From Reclinomonas americana ATCC 50394 (taxonomy: Eukaryota), in assembly GCA_048213135.1 (NCBI GenBank), contig PS015085.1, forward strand, positions 89,456-125,774: 36,319 nucleotides of DNA, in the 5' to 3' direction. The first letter of the stretch is position 1; every line of letters starts with the position of its first letter. The notes beneath the pieces were generated by a model that was given only the letters and a program-made list of their open reading frames with translations, searched no databases and had not been told where the DNA came from. A program made the position numbers and the translations under genes. Below, in pieces: positions 1 to 25,498 of this stretch.

Positions 1-122
1 CTGCTCTCCTGTTTTCTCGCACACATACACAGTCGACTTCCAGCAGTGAGGCTCTTTCTCTCGTTTTCTTTCTCTCTCTCTCTCGTCTCCCTTCGCTGAT
101 CCAACTCTTTTACCTTCCACAG

Positions 123-9528
<9,406 letters not shown>

Positions 9529-10565
9529 AAATAAGTAGTTAGGGTAACGTGTTGCAATGCACACTCTGCCACGCTTTGTGCTGATCGCTTCTAAGTAGTT
9601 GGGGGGACGGGTTGTGATGCACACTCGGGAGAACACGGTGGAGTTGCCGTGGATCGAGCACTGCGTTTGTCTTGGCCGCCGCACCGCACATCGGAATCTC
9701 TCCACAGTTTAGAAAATAGTAGTTGGGCAACGTGTTGCAATGCACGCTTTGTCCCGGTGTGATGATCGCTGCAGAAGTAGAATGGGCACATGGTGCAATG
9801 CACACTCTACCACCTCGTATGACGATTGCTTCAGAAGCACAGTAGAATGGACGCATGTTGCAAAGCACGCTCTGCTACCCGGTGTGATGATCACTTCAGA
9901 AGAAGAATGGCACTGCTGCAATGCCTTCCGTTCCTTTCCTCCGTCTCCTCTCCCTTCCCCTCCCCGTTCTCCTTCTCTTCCCTCTTCCCCTCGCCTTCTC
10001 CTTTGCCTACACGCGCACACCGTGTGATGATCGCTTCAGATTACACTCAGTCACATTCACGCACACATCAGCAGCAGCAGCATACACAGGTACACGCAGG
10101 GTGGCGAGTTGCCGCACTGACCCCAGAAACAAGAAACAAAACAGAAATCCACAGCAGAGTCGTCATCCATCCCAGTCGTCGCATCCTCCACCACACACCA
10201 CAGTCACCGTCAGCACCGCCCACCACCGCCGTCGTCGTCGTCTTCAATTGTACTCTTTGACACACGTGTCAAAGGAAGGACGAACGCGGCGGATGGGCGA
10301 CATGACAGAACCGTGCGTGCAGCAGTGGCGCGAAAACAAACAGACACTCAACAACGAGTCCACCCTTTCCGTGTCTCGGCAACAACACACCAGCACCCAC
10401 ATACCAGAAAAAGAGGAAAAGAAAAACAGACACAAAATGACCATAAAGAAGAGCCGCGCACTTCTCCAAACACCACCCCGTCGACGACCCAAAGCGTACT
10501 CAAAAGCGGTGCGGAGAAACAGCAACAGCAACAAAAANNNNNNNNNNNNNNNNNNNNGTCGCTGC

Positions 10566-14291
<3,726 letters not shown>

Positions 14292-14849
14292 TGCTTGTGG
14301 AGAAGAGTGGGGTATACTCTGGATAACGAAGGGAAGCGACTGAGGGTTTCGCACGGCTGGGCGCGAAAGGATGAGTGGGACGTTGTGTGGGACAGCGACG
14401 GTGCATGTACGACGAGTGGAGGTGGTTGGCGATGGTGTTGCGGTGTGGATTGGAGAAGGTGATGTGGTGTGTGGCGTGCATCTGCTGGTTTCTTTGCTGG
14501 AGTTGTCGCAGAACGTCGGGGAAGCTTGCCGAAGTTGATTGTTGATATCCCAGACAGCTTCATGGCCTTGCATTGCTTTTCAACGTTCAAGATCAGAACT
14601 AATAGCCTCCAACGACCAAGACATGGCAGTGAAGGGGCCGGCACAAGCTCAGAAGCAAGCATGAAGACCGCAGCCACGCGACCAACCCATATGCATGTGG
14701 CGCTTGATCATAATTCAGTGCCAGCAGACGGCGATCGTGGAGGTGCAACATCAGAATCAACAGCCTCCGGCAACCGGCAGCGAAGGGTCAAGCTCAGAAC
14801 CAGGCACGTGGATCGCCCGCCGCGATCAACCTGGCATCGCTGGCCCTGG

Positions 14850-15480
14850 CAGAAAAAGAACCAAGCAATCGGCAACCACCTCCGACAACAAGGAGGTCGT
14901 TGGTCAGAAGTTCCAGCACAGTGCCAGTCCACAGCAGCGCACTCCAACGCGGCGAAGCGCGATCCACTAACAGTCGATCAAACAGCAGCAGCCACAGACA
15001 ACCAGAACACTCGTGCCTGTCAACGAGTCGCCGACCACGGCAGATGAAGAACCAAGCACAGCACCACCATCCGACAACCAGGGCAGTCGCGTTGGAACGG
15101 CGGACGATCAGAGCGAAGCAGTCTGCCTTGCGGCAACCAACTCTGTCGCTGACAAAGGGAGAGGAAGAGCCATAGGTCGTTGCTCACCAGATCCAGCTCA
15201 TTCTGAGCAACCAGTTCGTCGTCAGTAGCCACGAGCTCAAGCGCGACACCGTCAATCGATCAATCAGCAGCAGCCTCCGACGACCAGAACACTCGCGCTT
15301 GTCAACGAACAGACTCCATCCAAAGCTGAAGGGTGTCAGTCGCTGACAGCAGCAAATGAAGAACCAAGCACAGCACCACCCTCCGACAACAAGAGCACTT
15401 GCGTTGGCATGGCGGACGATTAGAACCAAGCGGTCTGACATGGCAGCGACCGACCCTGCCACTGACCAAAGAAGTTAACA
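14850..15480. repeat. Diverged direct repeats (~200-310 bp spacing) upstream of IDH
   Basis: aagaaccaagca...caccacc.tccgacaac occurs near 14856, 15047 and 15359; 14971-15170 aligns with 15250-15475. Confidence 0.8.
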
Positions 15481-15670
15481 AGAGCAAACTGAAGTCACCT
15501 CCGAGAACCACGCGTCCACTCTCCAGTTCGCCGTCAGCAGCCATGCCAGCTAATCATCGGTATACCGCCGTCTCTATTCACACATGCACACACTCCAAGC
15601 AAAGACAACTGCGTTGACACTCTCCCTTCTCTAAACAGATGCTCCCTTCACTTTCCACCCCCCCTTCCCC

Positions 15671-16748
15671 TCAATTCACCTGCCTGGCAATCCCGCAATA
15701 ATGCGTCCTGCCCAGCATCACCGTGGCCTCGGCATCCCACGCCACCGCCTCCCCCGTAAACCACAACGGCGACAGCGGATCGTCAATCTCCACCGGCACC
15801 CGCACGGCCGCCGACCGCGGCGCCTCCTCCGTCCACGGCAGCGAGAACAACTTGCCCTCAAACACATCCACCACCATGTGCGGCAGTGTCGGCTCCAGCT
15901 CCCGCGCCGCATTCGTCACCGCCCTCCCACTACCCATGGCCGTGATGCGCAAATTCCGCTTGCCCTTGCGCGTGCGCACCTGCACCTCGGCCATCGACAC
16001 ATCCGCGTTCACGTCGCCACCCGGCGTGCGAAACACAAACTCGGCGAGGTGGCACTCCCGCCGCACGAGCCACGAGTCGCCCAATCGCAGCAGCTCCTTG
16101 TCAAAGTAGCACGGCCAGGTGACCCACACCTCGCGATCGCCATACACTGCGCGTACTCGCCACACCGCCTGCGCATACGTCACGCCTATGCGCGCGCCTG
16201 TGGGGCCCAGCAGCGTATTCAACCACTGCGTGAGGGGCGACTGGAGGCCGCGACATTGGAAGACGAGGAGCGAGCAGGGCGCGGTCTTGCCGCCGCCATC
16301 GTCGCGGTTCTCCAGTGGTCGACATCGACGCCCGCAGAAGCGCACGGCCGCGGGCAGAGGCACGCGACCAGTGAGCTCCACGGTCACGAGTTCGTCTCCG
16401 CGGAACACTGCGCGACCTGTGGGGGGGGAGAGAGAGGAGGGGGGTGAGAGAAGAGAGGGGAGGGGGGGAGGGAGGAGGGAGGGAGAGGAGAGAAAAGGAG
16501 GGAGGGAGAGGGAAAGAGAGACGGGAGCAAGAGAGGCAGAGAGAGAAGAGTGAGAGTGAGGGAGAGAGAGAGAAGAGCGAGAGAGGCAGAGAGAGAAGAG
16601 CGAGAGAGGCAGAGAGAGAAGAGTGAGAAGAGAGCAGAGGGTGAGAAAGGGAGAGAGAAGGGAGAGATGAGGGCGGAAAGAGAGTAGGGAGAGAGAGAGA
16701 GGGTGAGACACTAGAGGAAGCTGCGAGAGGAGGAGGGCAAGAAGAGAG

Positions 16749-16836
<88 letters not shown>

Positions 16837-16969
16837 TAGTAGTAGTAGNNNNNNNNNNNNNNNNNNNNAGGAGGAGGAGGAGGAGGAGGAGGAGGAGGAG
16901 GAGGAGGAGGAGGAGGAGGAGGAGGAGGAGGAGGAGGAGGAGGAGGAGGAGGAGGAGGAGGAGGAGGAG

Positions 16970-17019
<50 letters not shown>

Positions 17020-18035
17020 AGACTGTTGGAGTCAAGCAGAAGCATGCAGGCATGCAGATAGAGGCGAGAACTGTCGCGAAGGGAAGGAGAGTGAGGGGAA
17101 CTGTCGATGGAAGGCTCAAGACAACTGAGAGTAAAAGAGGAGCTGAGAGAGGAAGAGTGAGGGTTTAGTGACTGTTGGCGTCAAGCCGTCTGCGTGCCGC
17201 TTGTGATACGCTTGTGTTCCTCTCGTATTCTCGTTGTCTTCTCGTTGTTTTCCCCTTCTGATGCATGTAGGATTGCAGACAGAGACGAGAACAGTCAACA
17301 AGGGATGGAACTGTCGCTGGCAGGCTCAAGACAGCTGAGAGCAAGAGAGGAAAACTGAGAGATTTAGAGACTGTTGAAGTCAAGCAGGAGCATGCAGGCA
17401 TGCAGATAGAGGCGAGGACAGTCGAGAGGGGATGGAGAGTAAAGGGGAACTGTCGATGGAAGGCTCAGGGCTGAATCCAGAGACTGAGAGACTGCAGTGA
17501 GGAGGAGGCAGACTGAAGAGATGGGAACTGGTGCTGGAAGGCTCCTGAGCAGAGAGAGGAGAGTGAGAGACTCGAGGGAAACTGTCGCTGATTAAACAGT
17601 GAGAGACTGTGTAGTTAAGACGAAGCCAGACAGAGGCCAGAACAGCTGAGAGCGACAGAGAGGTGTCAAACGCGATGAGTCAGACAGACTGGAGAGAAGG
17701 GAAGGAATGCTCTTGATGGATGAGAGAGAGAGAGAGAGGGAGAGTGACGGGCAGCTGTTGATGGAGTGCTCAAAATGCCTGAGAGTCAGTTTGCCACTTT
17801 GGTCGGCGACCTGTTCGTGTCATGACCGAAGAGGTCGACGATCTGTCGACATGAAGATAACTGAGAGCAGCTGAATGATGAGGAGATCGACTGAGAGACT
17901 GCTGAGTCAAGAAGTCAGTTTGCCACTTTGGTCGGCGACCTGTTCGTGTCATGGCCGAAGAGGTCGACGACTTGTCGACGTGTTCGGCATGTAGTACCCT
18001 TGCACGTTGGCGGCGTCTCCCAGAGTCACCAGCAT
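15671..18035 (-). CDS. Putative acetoacetate-decarboxylase-like (ADC/DUF2071-type) protein. Main exon 16416-15671; tentative first exon 18035-17972
   Basis: A 746-bp GC-rich open exon follows a pyrimidine tract and CAG. The phase-compatible upstream exon gives MLVTLGDAANVQGYYMPNTSTSRAVFRGDELVTVEL. Segments SLLVFQCRGLQSP, VTYAQAVWRVRAVYGDREVW and YFDKELLRLG recall the ADC-like fold. Coding status is fairly secure; the family call and first exon (weak GTCGTC donor) are not. Confidence 0.55.
16750..17012. repeat. Compound microsatellite (GA)n-(GTA)n-(GGA)n-(GA)n
   Basis: Directly visible. Confidence 0.97.
17013..17470. repeat. ~110-bp direct repeat pair
   Basis: 17013-17120 matches 17361-17470 (gactgttg.agtcaagcag.agcatgcaggcatgcagatagaggcgag...ggaactgtcgatggaaggctca). 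Confidence 0.85.
17784..17980. repeat. ~67-bp near-perfect direct repeat pair
   Basis: agtcagtttgccactttggtcggcgacctgttcgtgtcatg.ccgaagaggtcgacga at ~17784 and ~17913. Confidence 0.9.
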
Positions 18036-18137
18036 GACATTCTATTCCACTGAGAGGAGACCAGGGGATCGTCGCTGGAATGTTTAAGGCAACAGAGATT
18101 CAGAGAGAAGGAGGAGGTGGAAGAGCACTGTTGCTTC

Positions 18138-19162
18138 ATGTCTCAGCTGTACGTCATTCCAGTGTCGTTGGTCAGCTCTCTTTCCCCCTCTGCATCTCTC
18201 CCTCTCTGTCTTTCTCCTCCTCGGCTTTCTTTCTCTCCCTTTTCTTCTTCTCTTTCACTCTCTTTCTCTCCCTCTCTGTCATCCGCTGCATCTCACTGCC
18301 TTCGCAGTCTCTCTTCTATTCCCTTCCCCCCCCCCCAATTTTCCTCGTCTCCTCCCCTTCCCTCTCCTCCCCTCCCTCTCTCTCCTTCACCCTTTCCTCC
18401 ACTCATTCCCTTTTTCCCTTCCATTCCCCGCAGTTCTGGGATTGTTATGCCCCAACTCCTCGTCGGGGAGTTCTTCGGCACAGCACACGAATTGCGCACG
18501 GTACTGGAGTCGGCGCGCGGTGTGTCGCTGGAGGGCGTGCGACGAGTTGCGCAGAAGAAGCAAGACGATGACGACGATGACGAACGTAGCAGCGCAAGGC
18601 CGCAGCGGTATCGCGTGCTGCTGCAGGTGCACGGGTTCTTCGCGCTGCCAAAGCACGGCGTGGAGAGTGACTTTACGGCGGCTGGTGAGGACAGAATGCA
18701 TGCGCAGCCGCGAGCCAAGCTGTAAGCGAGGTGCGTTGTCGCTGCTCCACGTCGCAGTCTCCGTGTGCTGACGCCTTGTGCAGCAGACATTGATGGAGAG
18801 CAGCAATAACAGCGACTGGCCAGTCGCCCGAGCAAGTTGTGGTGGCCAGTCACCGCAAGAGGAGACTTTCGGCTCAAGGACTCGATCGCGTGCAGCCACT
18901 GCGCGATCATGGCACTGTAGCCAGAGCCAAGTTCGCGGACTGAGGGTACAAGGCTCCGGAGGTGGAGCGCATTATCAAGGCCGGTGTTTGGCAAGCCTCC
19001 ACTTCCTCATCCAGCGGTAAACTTCGAACAATCGCGATCGCTGTACCTCGGTTCGTTGAATGCAAGTGCGCTGCGGGAGAAGGGGATTGGGAGTGCAGAG
19101 AAAGAAGATCACAGTGCGGGACAAGAAGAGCAACAGAGAGGGAAGGAAGGGGAAGCGATTGA
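18138..19162 (+). pseudogene. Short unknown gene or pseudogene; exons 18138-18148, 18434-18730, 18784 onward
   Basis: ATG TCT CAG CT|gtacgt...ccccgcag|T TCT GGG gives MSQLSGIVMPQLLVGEFFG...AKL*. A second clean intron (gtgcgt 18731 ... ctgac...tgcag 18783) keeps the same frame, which still looks protein-like but contains TAA, TGA and TGA. Confidence 0.4.
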
Positions 19163-19505
19163 CAAGTCTCGCGTGCTGCTTGACACGGAACAGCAAGTGA
19201 GAGGAGACAAAGAGAGAGAGAGAAAATGAACGAAAGAAAGCAAGAAAAAAAGGGCCTTCACCCTTGGCAGGCCTCAACAAAAAAGTCGACGTCGTAAAAC
19301 TCTAAACTTCACAAAAGACAATGCACTGCAGCTGTATAGCATCACCACTGTAAAACCCAACTTACACACTATCATTCACCCCTGCTGCATCTCTGCAGCT
19401 CTTGCCTGCACATCTCCGGGACGATCTCCGAAGTCGCAGTCACTCACAATAACTCTCACTCGCAATTCGGGGGTTGTCGCGTGTTTCTCTCTTTGTACTT
19501 TGACA

Positions 19506-19749
19506 ATGAGACGAGGCGACGCACTCACAGTCGACTCTGTCGATAGTGCGCCACACTCTATCAATCATGTTGAGTGTGCAGAGAGAGAACAAAGAGTGCA
19601 GCAGTGACACACTGAGTGAGTAAGAGAGAGAGAGAGAGAGCAGGTAGCTTGCAACACAAAGAGATCCACACACACATACACATGCATACGCATGCATACA
19701 TGCAGAGAGAGAGAAGAGAGAGAGAGAGATGGTGAAGCTCGGAACTTCA

Positions 19750-19782
<33 letters not shown>

Positions 19783-21690
19783 CAGAGAGAGTGAGAGAGA
19801 GAGAGAGACAGAGACTGAGAGCATACAGCTTACAGCTCAGCTCGACATTGAGAGGTGACTGAAACCCGCACACTCACACTCGCACTCACACATACACACA
19901 CAGAGTGAGAGAGAGACTGAGAGCATGCAGCTTACAGCTCAGCTCTACATTGAGAGGAACCCACACGCAGGCAGACACACACATGCGCACAGAGAGAGAG
20001 AGAGAGAGNNNNNNNNNNNNNNNNNNNNNNNNNNNNNNNNNNNNNNNNNNNNNNNNNNNNNNNNNNNNNNNNNNNNNNNNNNNNNNNNNNNNNNNNNNNN
20101 NNNNNNNNNNNNNNNNNNNNNNNNNNNNNNNNNNNNNNNNNNNNNNNNNNNNNNNNNNNNNNNNNNNNNNNNNNNNNNNNNNNNNNNNNNNNNNNNNNNN
20201 NNNNNNNNNNNNNNNNNNNNNNNNNNNNNNNNNNAGAGACAGAGACAGAGAGAGAGAGAGGGAGCAGGCACCTTGCTGCACAACGAGATCGACAGGTGCA
20301 GCACAAGTCTGCAACACACACACAACGCAAGAGAATGAAGTGTTACAAGTGAGACTGAATGTTGACACTTCCCTCTCTGCCTCTTCCCTTCCCTTCTCTC
20401 TCTGCCTTCTTTCCCTCTCTTGTAACACAACTCTCGGAAAAACTCTGCATGTTGACTGGTTCACACATACACACAGCCGACCATTACGATCTCCTCGCGA
20501 AGTGGCTCTCTTGACAAGCAGAATCCGGGTGGCAATCGCTCTGCGAATGCTGCTGGTGGAAAGGGAACGTATCGCTCCAAGACTGGATCGACTGTGCGCA
20601 AGGAACCGTGGTGGAAGCGATTGGCGTCGTTTCCGGTGCTGTTGTCGTCGATTGGGTTGGTGGTGTTTGCGGCGTTGCAGCAGGTGTCGTTTAAGCGGTT
20701 GGGGTACTCGTTGGGTGAGTGTGGGAGGGCACGAGGGAGAAGGGAGTGAGAAGAGAGGGTGGGAAAGGGAGGAAGGGGATTAAAGGGGAGCGAAGTGGGG
20801 GATGTGGAAAAAGTGGGTGTGGATGAGAGGTGTAAGGCATGCCCGTGAATGGAAACTCCTCTTCCCTACTTCCTGCCATCGTTTCAACGCGCCTTGCCGT
20901 CTCATTGACTCTTTCCCTGTTGGTGTGCGCGTTTTCAATTCCTTAGCCCTGCGCTCTGTTGAGTGCACTCTGCTGAGTGCAGTCGTCCGTCGCTTCCTGT
21001 CGCGTTCAGATTTCTCAGCCCTCTGCGGCTAAGTCCGCCAATATCCTTCCTCTCCTGCCCCATTCCCGATGCTGTTAGCCCTCACCTGTGTCGCTCGATA
21101 TCGTTGCTGTCGTCCATCTTGTGTGTCGTGTTGCAAAGGTTGAAGCCAGCTTTCGAGTCTGCGCATTATTGCCGCCATCTTATTCGCTTATTTCTTCCCC
21201 CCCCCCCCACCGCACGTGCATTTCGAAGAGAGTCCCATTCCTTCATCTGTTGACAGTCTCGGTGTGATGAACGCCCTTCTCTTCTGTTTTCTTACTGAAC
21301 GGAAGCACCGTTTCCCACGGCTCATCGTTTCCCTTCTCACGCATGCACTCACTCACCTTTCCTCTTGCTCACCCGTTCCCCCTTCCCCCATCCACCCCTC
21401 CCCTTTCCACCCTTCCCCTATCCATCCACCCTTCCCCTATTTACCCTTTCCCTTCTTTGCAGGTCCCTACCCCTACTACATCCTCCTCACCATTAGCTTC
21501 TCCTTCGTGCCCATCTTCTTCGCCCTGGTGCTCTACGTAAGATGCCGCAGCGGCGGCTTTTTGCCGGAGACCACCACCTGGCGATTCAAGCTGCACTTCT
21601 TCATCATTGGCCTGATGAATGCGCTGAATGGTGTGTTTGTCATTTTCGCCAACCCGCACGTGCCGGGAATGTTGCAGGTGTGTTCAAAAG

Positions 21691-21764
<74 letters not shown>

Positions 21765-24320
21765 TAGTAGTAGTAGTAGTTATGGGAAAGAGAACCCGTG
21801 TTTAATAGAGGAGAGAAAGAGTGCGTGTGAGAGACTGTGTGATCTGTGTGTGTCTGCTGGTGGGAGAGAGAAAGCGTGTGCGATGGTCTGAAAGAATGCG
21901 AGAGAGGTTGTATGCATCTGTGTTTGATAGAGGAGAGGAAGAGTGTGTGTGAGAGACTGTGTGATCTGTGTGTGTGCTGGGGAGAGAGAAAGCGTGTGCG
22001 ATTGTCTGTGAGAATGCGAGAGACGTTGGATGTATGCGAGAGAGAATTTGTGTTTTGTGGCCAAAGTGCAAGTGTGTGAGAGAGTGTGTGATATGTGTGT
22101 GCATTCGTGTCTGTGAGAGTGCGGGAGAGGCTGTATGCGTGGGAGAGAGAACGTGTGTTTTGCGGATAGAGAAAGAGAGAGTGCGTGATATTTGTGTGTT
22201 TGCTGGTGGCAGTGAAAACGTGCGTGTGTGTTTGTGTGGGAGAGAAAATGTGTGTTTTGTGAGAGAGATAGTGTGTGATCTTTGTTGTTTCTCGGAGGAA
22301 GAGAGTAAGTGTGTTCATGCGTGTCTGTGAGAGAGTGGGAGAGACGTGTTTGTTGAAGGTTGAGTGGCCGCGAGTGTGCGTTTCGTTCCTGAAAGTGAAT
22401 ATCTGCCCTCCCCGTCGCAGGCCCTGCTGGCCCAATCCGTCATTCCCCTGGTGCTGGTGCTATCCATGATCCAGCTGCGTGCGCGCTTCACGGTCCTGCA
22501 GTACCTCGCGGCAGTGGTCATTCTTGGTGAGTGTGTGTGTGTACGTGAATTAGCACCTGCGTTGATCTTTGGCTGACTCCCACGCCACAGCGGGATTGTT
22601 CACGGACCTGTATCCGACGCTCATGGGAACTGGCAGCCACGGCAACTCAGGCCCCGTCTCTGTGTTCTGGACAATGATGTTTTTCCTCGGACAGGTGCCA
22701 CTCGCCTGGCAGAGGTACGTGTGTGCTGGCGAGAGTAATTGAAGCTGGATTTGGCGCTGATTGTGTTCGAGCGCAGTGTGTACCAAGAGTGGGCGTTTGC
22801 ACAGGCCAAGGTGCATTCGGTTTGCCGTGCTGTCCCCCTCTCATTTTCTGACGCTTCTCTTCTGGTGTGCAGCTGAATGTCGTGTACATGCTTGCCTGGT
22901 CCAATCTCGCGCAAGTGAGTCACTTTTATCTCTTGCGAGAATGTTTGTCTCAGTGCTCATCATCGTCGCTCTGCTGCAGTTCATTGTGGTCCGTTATCGC
23001 TTGCACTCTCCTTGCCTCCAGTTCGCTGCATCTCACCACATCGCATCTCTCTGCAGCTTTTGCTGTGCGCGCCACTCAACTGGATTCCGAACTTTGGTTG
23101 CGTGCCGCAGTGCACATGATGCAGTGTGCTACAAAGCCACTGATTGTGTCCCTTCATGCAGGTGATATCACACCGTCGCAGTTCGGCGAGTATATTAAAG
23201 ACGCGGCGCTGTGCACGGTGAACCAATTCGAGGGGCATCCCGAATGCGCCGATGCTGGTGAGTGGATGGGCACGGTACTCCTGCCAATCTGAAGCTTGAC
23301 GCGTGACTTGATATCTCACGTTCTTTCTGCGGTTTCAATTGCTTTCCGCCACCCATTGTGTGACTGCAATATCTCTCTCCTTGTCTTGCCTCTTCTCTGT
23401 CTCTCTCTTTCTGTCGCTTTCTCTCTCTCTCTCTCTCTCACTCTCTCTTTGAATCTATCCGCCTTCATACTCTGTGCCGTCAAACGCAAACTCTTGGTCA
23501 CGTTCGTACCATACATCCCTTTGTCTTCTCAGTCTGTGCCTTTGCGGTGCGGCTGTATCCTGCTCTCCTATCTGCACCATCGCCTCATTATACCCCTGTT
23601 TTCCTTCTTCCTCGCTGCCTGATTCCTTTGTCAGTCATCCTCATTCCCCTGCTGTCTCTCTTTCTCTCCTTTCCGCACCTTCACCCCGTCACTTAGTTGT
23701 CCGCTGGAGAACGTCGCTTTCGCGCCTTGTATCCACTTTGAGAGCTGTGCTCTTCAACCCCAGTGTTTTTTCGTATCTTCCTCACTCCCTCGCGTGCTGA
23801 TCTGCACATCTCTCTCGCCTTGTTTCCGGGGCATCTCTTCTCTTTATGATCTCTCTTATTCTCGCATCCTTCTCTCTGCTTCCTTCTCCTAATAGCATCT
23901 CCCCGCAGGCTGGCTCCTCGCCTTCGCACTCTCCTCCATGCTGATGAACAACATTTTCCAAACCCTGGTCGTCAAGTACGGCAGCGCCTCTCTGGGCGTC
24001 ATCGTCAACACACTCACGCTGCCGGTCTCCACCCTGGCCTTTGCCATTCCCTTCCTCATGGGCTCCGGCAACGTGGAGACCGTCACACCGTACACGTGGG
24101 GTGCGCTGGCGATTCTCATGTTTGGGTGAGTGCTCGTCCTCTCTTCTCCTCTCCTCTTTCTCCCTTTACCTTACCCCCCCCCCCCCCTTCCCTTTATTCT
24201 TCAGCATGTTGGTGTACCGCTTCCACGCCCAAGTGCGCAACTTTCTGGGCGCGCGCTGCTGCCCGCGACTGTGCCCGCCGATTCCCATCGAATCCGACTC
24301 GGAGGGTGAGGAGGAAGAAG
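19506..24320 (+). CDS. CRT-like (chloroquine-resistance-transporter-like, DMT superfamily) multi-pass transporter; continues into the inverted segments
   Basis: Exons 19506-19568 (inferred start), 20477-20714, 21463-21677, 22421-22526, 22591-22714, 22777-22810, 22873-22914, 22980-22988, 23057-23096, 23162-23257, 23909-24125, 24205-gap. About 10 hydrophobic helices; family-like motifs FKRLGYSLGPYPYY, PGMLQALLAQSVIP, SVYQEWAF, a Cys-pair loop (ALCTVNQFEGHPEC) and LVVKYGSASL. Confidence 0.85.
21790..22340. repeat. Degenerate GT/GA-rich intronic tandem repeat (~115-bp unit at the start), preceded by (GA)n(GTA)n
   Basis: atagaggagag.aagagtg.gtgtgagagactgtgtgatctgtgtgtgt.ctg recurs at ~21805 and ~21927, then decays. 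Confidence 0.8.
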
Positions 24321-24439
24321 NNNNNNNNNNNNNNNNNNNNNNNNNNNNNNNNNNNNNNNNNNNNNNNNNNNNNNNNNNNNNNNNNNNNNNNNNNNNNNNN
24401 NNNNNNNNNNNNNNNNNNNNGGAGCAAGGAAAAACGTAC

Positions 24440-24738
24440 CGGGTGTCGCGGTGCGGCAGCTGAGTCTGCCGTCGAACCACGGCGTGATCTGGTGCGCGTG
24501 GCCGAGGAGCCGGTGCGAGCGGCCTGCGCGGCACCCTTGACACCGTCGGCAAACGTGTCGTACTTGGTGACATTGGCTCCTGTGTCACCGATGAGTAATC
24601 ACAATCAAATCACCAAAGGATCGAACGACGACGAACCAATGACGAGAACATTGCCGTCTTCATCCAGCAAGCGGATCTTCTCGTGCGCGGCAGCCTCCTC
24701 GTCGCCAATGTCCGCTCCCGTCTCCACTCCCTCCTCCT
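24440..24738 (-). CDS. Two exons (24738-24637, 24579-24440), most likely the C-terminal tail of the CRT-like gene, inverted as assembled
   Basis: Translate to EEGVETGADIGDEEAAAHEKIRLLDEDGNVLVIG/ANVTKYDTFADGVKGAAQAARTGSSATRTRSRRGSTADSAAAPRHP. Donors gttcgt (24636) and gtacgt (24439). The segment begins in a Glu run that matches where the CRT exon breaks off (SEGEEEE). Confidence 0.7.
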
Positions 24739-25281
24739 NNNNNNNNNNNNNNNNNNNNNNNNNNNNNNNNNNNNNNNNNNNNNNNNNNNNNNNNNNNNNN
24801 NNNNNNNNNNNNNNNNNNNNNNNNNNNNNNNNNNNNNNNNNNNNNNNNNNNNNNNNNNNNNNNNNNNNNNNNNNNNNNNNNNNNNNNNNNNNNNNNNNNN
24901 NNNNNNNNNNNNNNNNNNNNNNNNNNNNNNNNNNNNNNNNNNNNNNNNNNNNNNNNNNNNNNNNNNNNNNNNNNNNNNNNNNNNNNNNNNNNNNNNNNNN
25001 NNNNNNNNNNNNNNNNNNNNNNNNNNNNNNNNNNNNNNNNNNNNNNNNNNNNNNNNNNNNNNNNNNNNNNNNNNNNNNNNNNNNNNNNNNNNNNNNNNNN
25101 NNNNNNNNNNNNNNNNNNNNNNNNNNNNNNNNNNNNNNNNNNNNNNNNNNNNNNNNNNNNNNNNNNNNNNNNNNNNNNNNNNNNNNNNNNNNNNNNNNNN
25201 NNNNNNNNNNNNNNNNNNNNNGTTGCGTGCGACAGTTGCCTTCCCCCTCACAGCTGCTCACTGTTCTCCCCCCGTGAACAG

Positions 25282-25427
25282 CCCCAGCAGACCGCCTGGT
25301 GCGCCTGGCGGAGCTTGTGCGACAGCCAGCACTATTGATCGCGTTGCTTGCCGTGCTGCTGGGCGCTGCCGTGCCACTGCTGGAGTACGTGAGAACGGTG
25401 GAGCGCAAGAAGCACAAACAGGAGTGA
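25282..25427 (+). CDS. Terminal exon encoding a TM helix and KKHKQE*; most likely the last exon of the ALG12-CS gene, inverted as assembled
   Basis: Intron 25222-25281 (gttgcgt...gaacag), then (S)PADRLVRLAELVRQPALLIALLAVLLGAAVPLLEYVRTVERKKHKQE*. Phase 1 matches the CS exon, which ends GAA T at 26159. Confidence 0.75.
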
Positions 25428-25498
25428 CAAGGCGTTACTAGAATGTAAACTATGATTTGAAAACACACACAAAAACAGACACACACAGTCTACGGTGA

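Noticed and set aside
18723-18943. Stop-codon reassignment or selenocysteine
   Set aside because: All three stops terminate other genes in the window, the stops here are of mixed type, and I see no selenoprotein motif.
24421-24463. CRT-like stop at 24463 (EQGKTYRVSRCGS*)
   Set aside because: The frame across a 100-N gap is arbitrary, and this segment shows exon/intron structure on the opposite strand.
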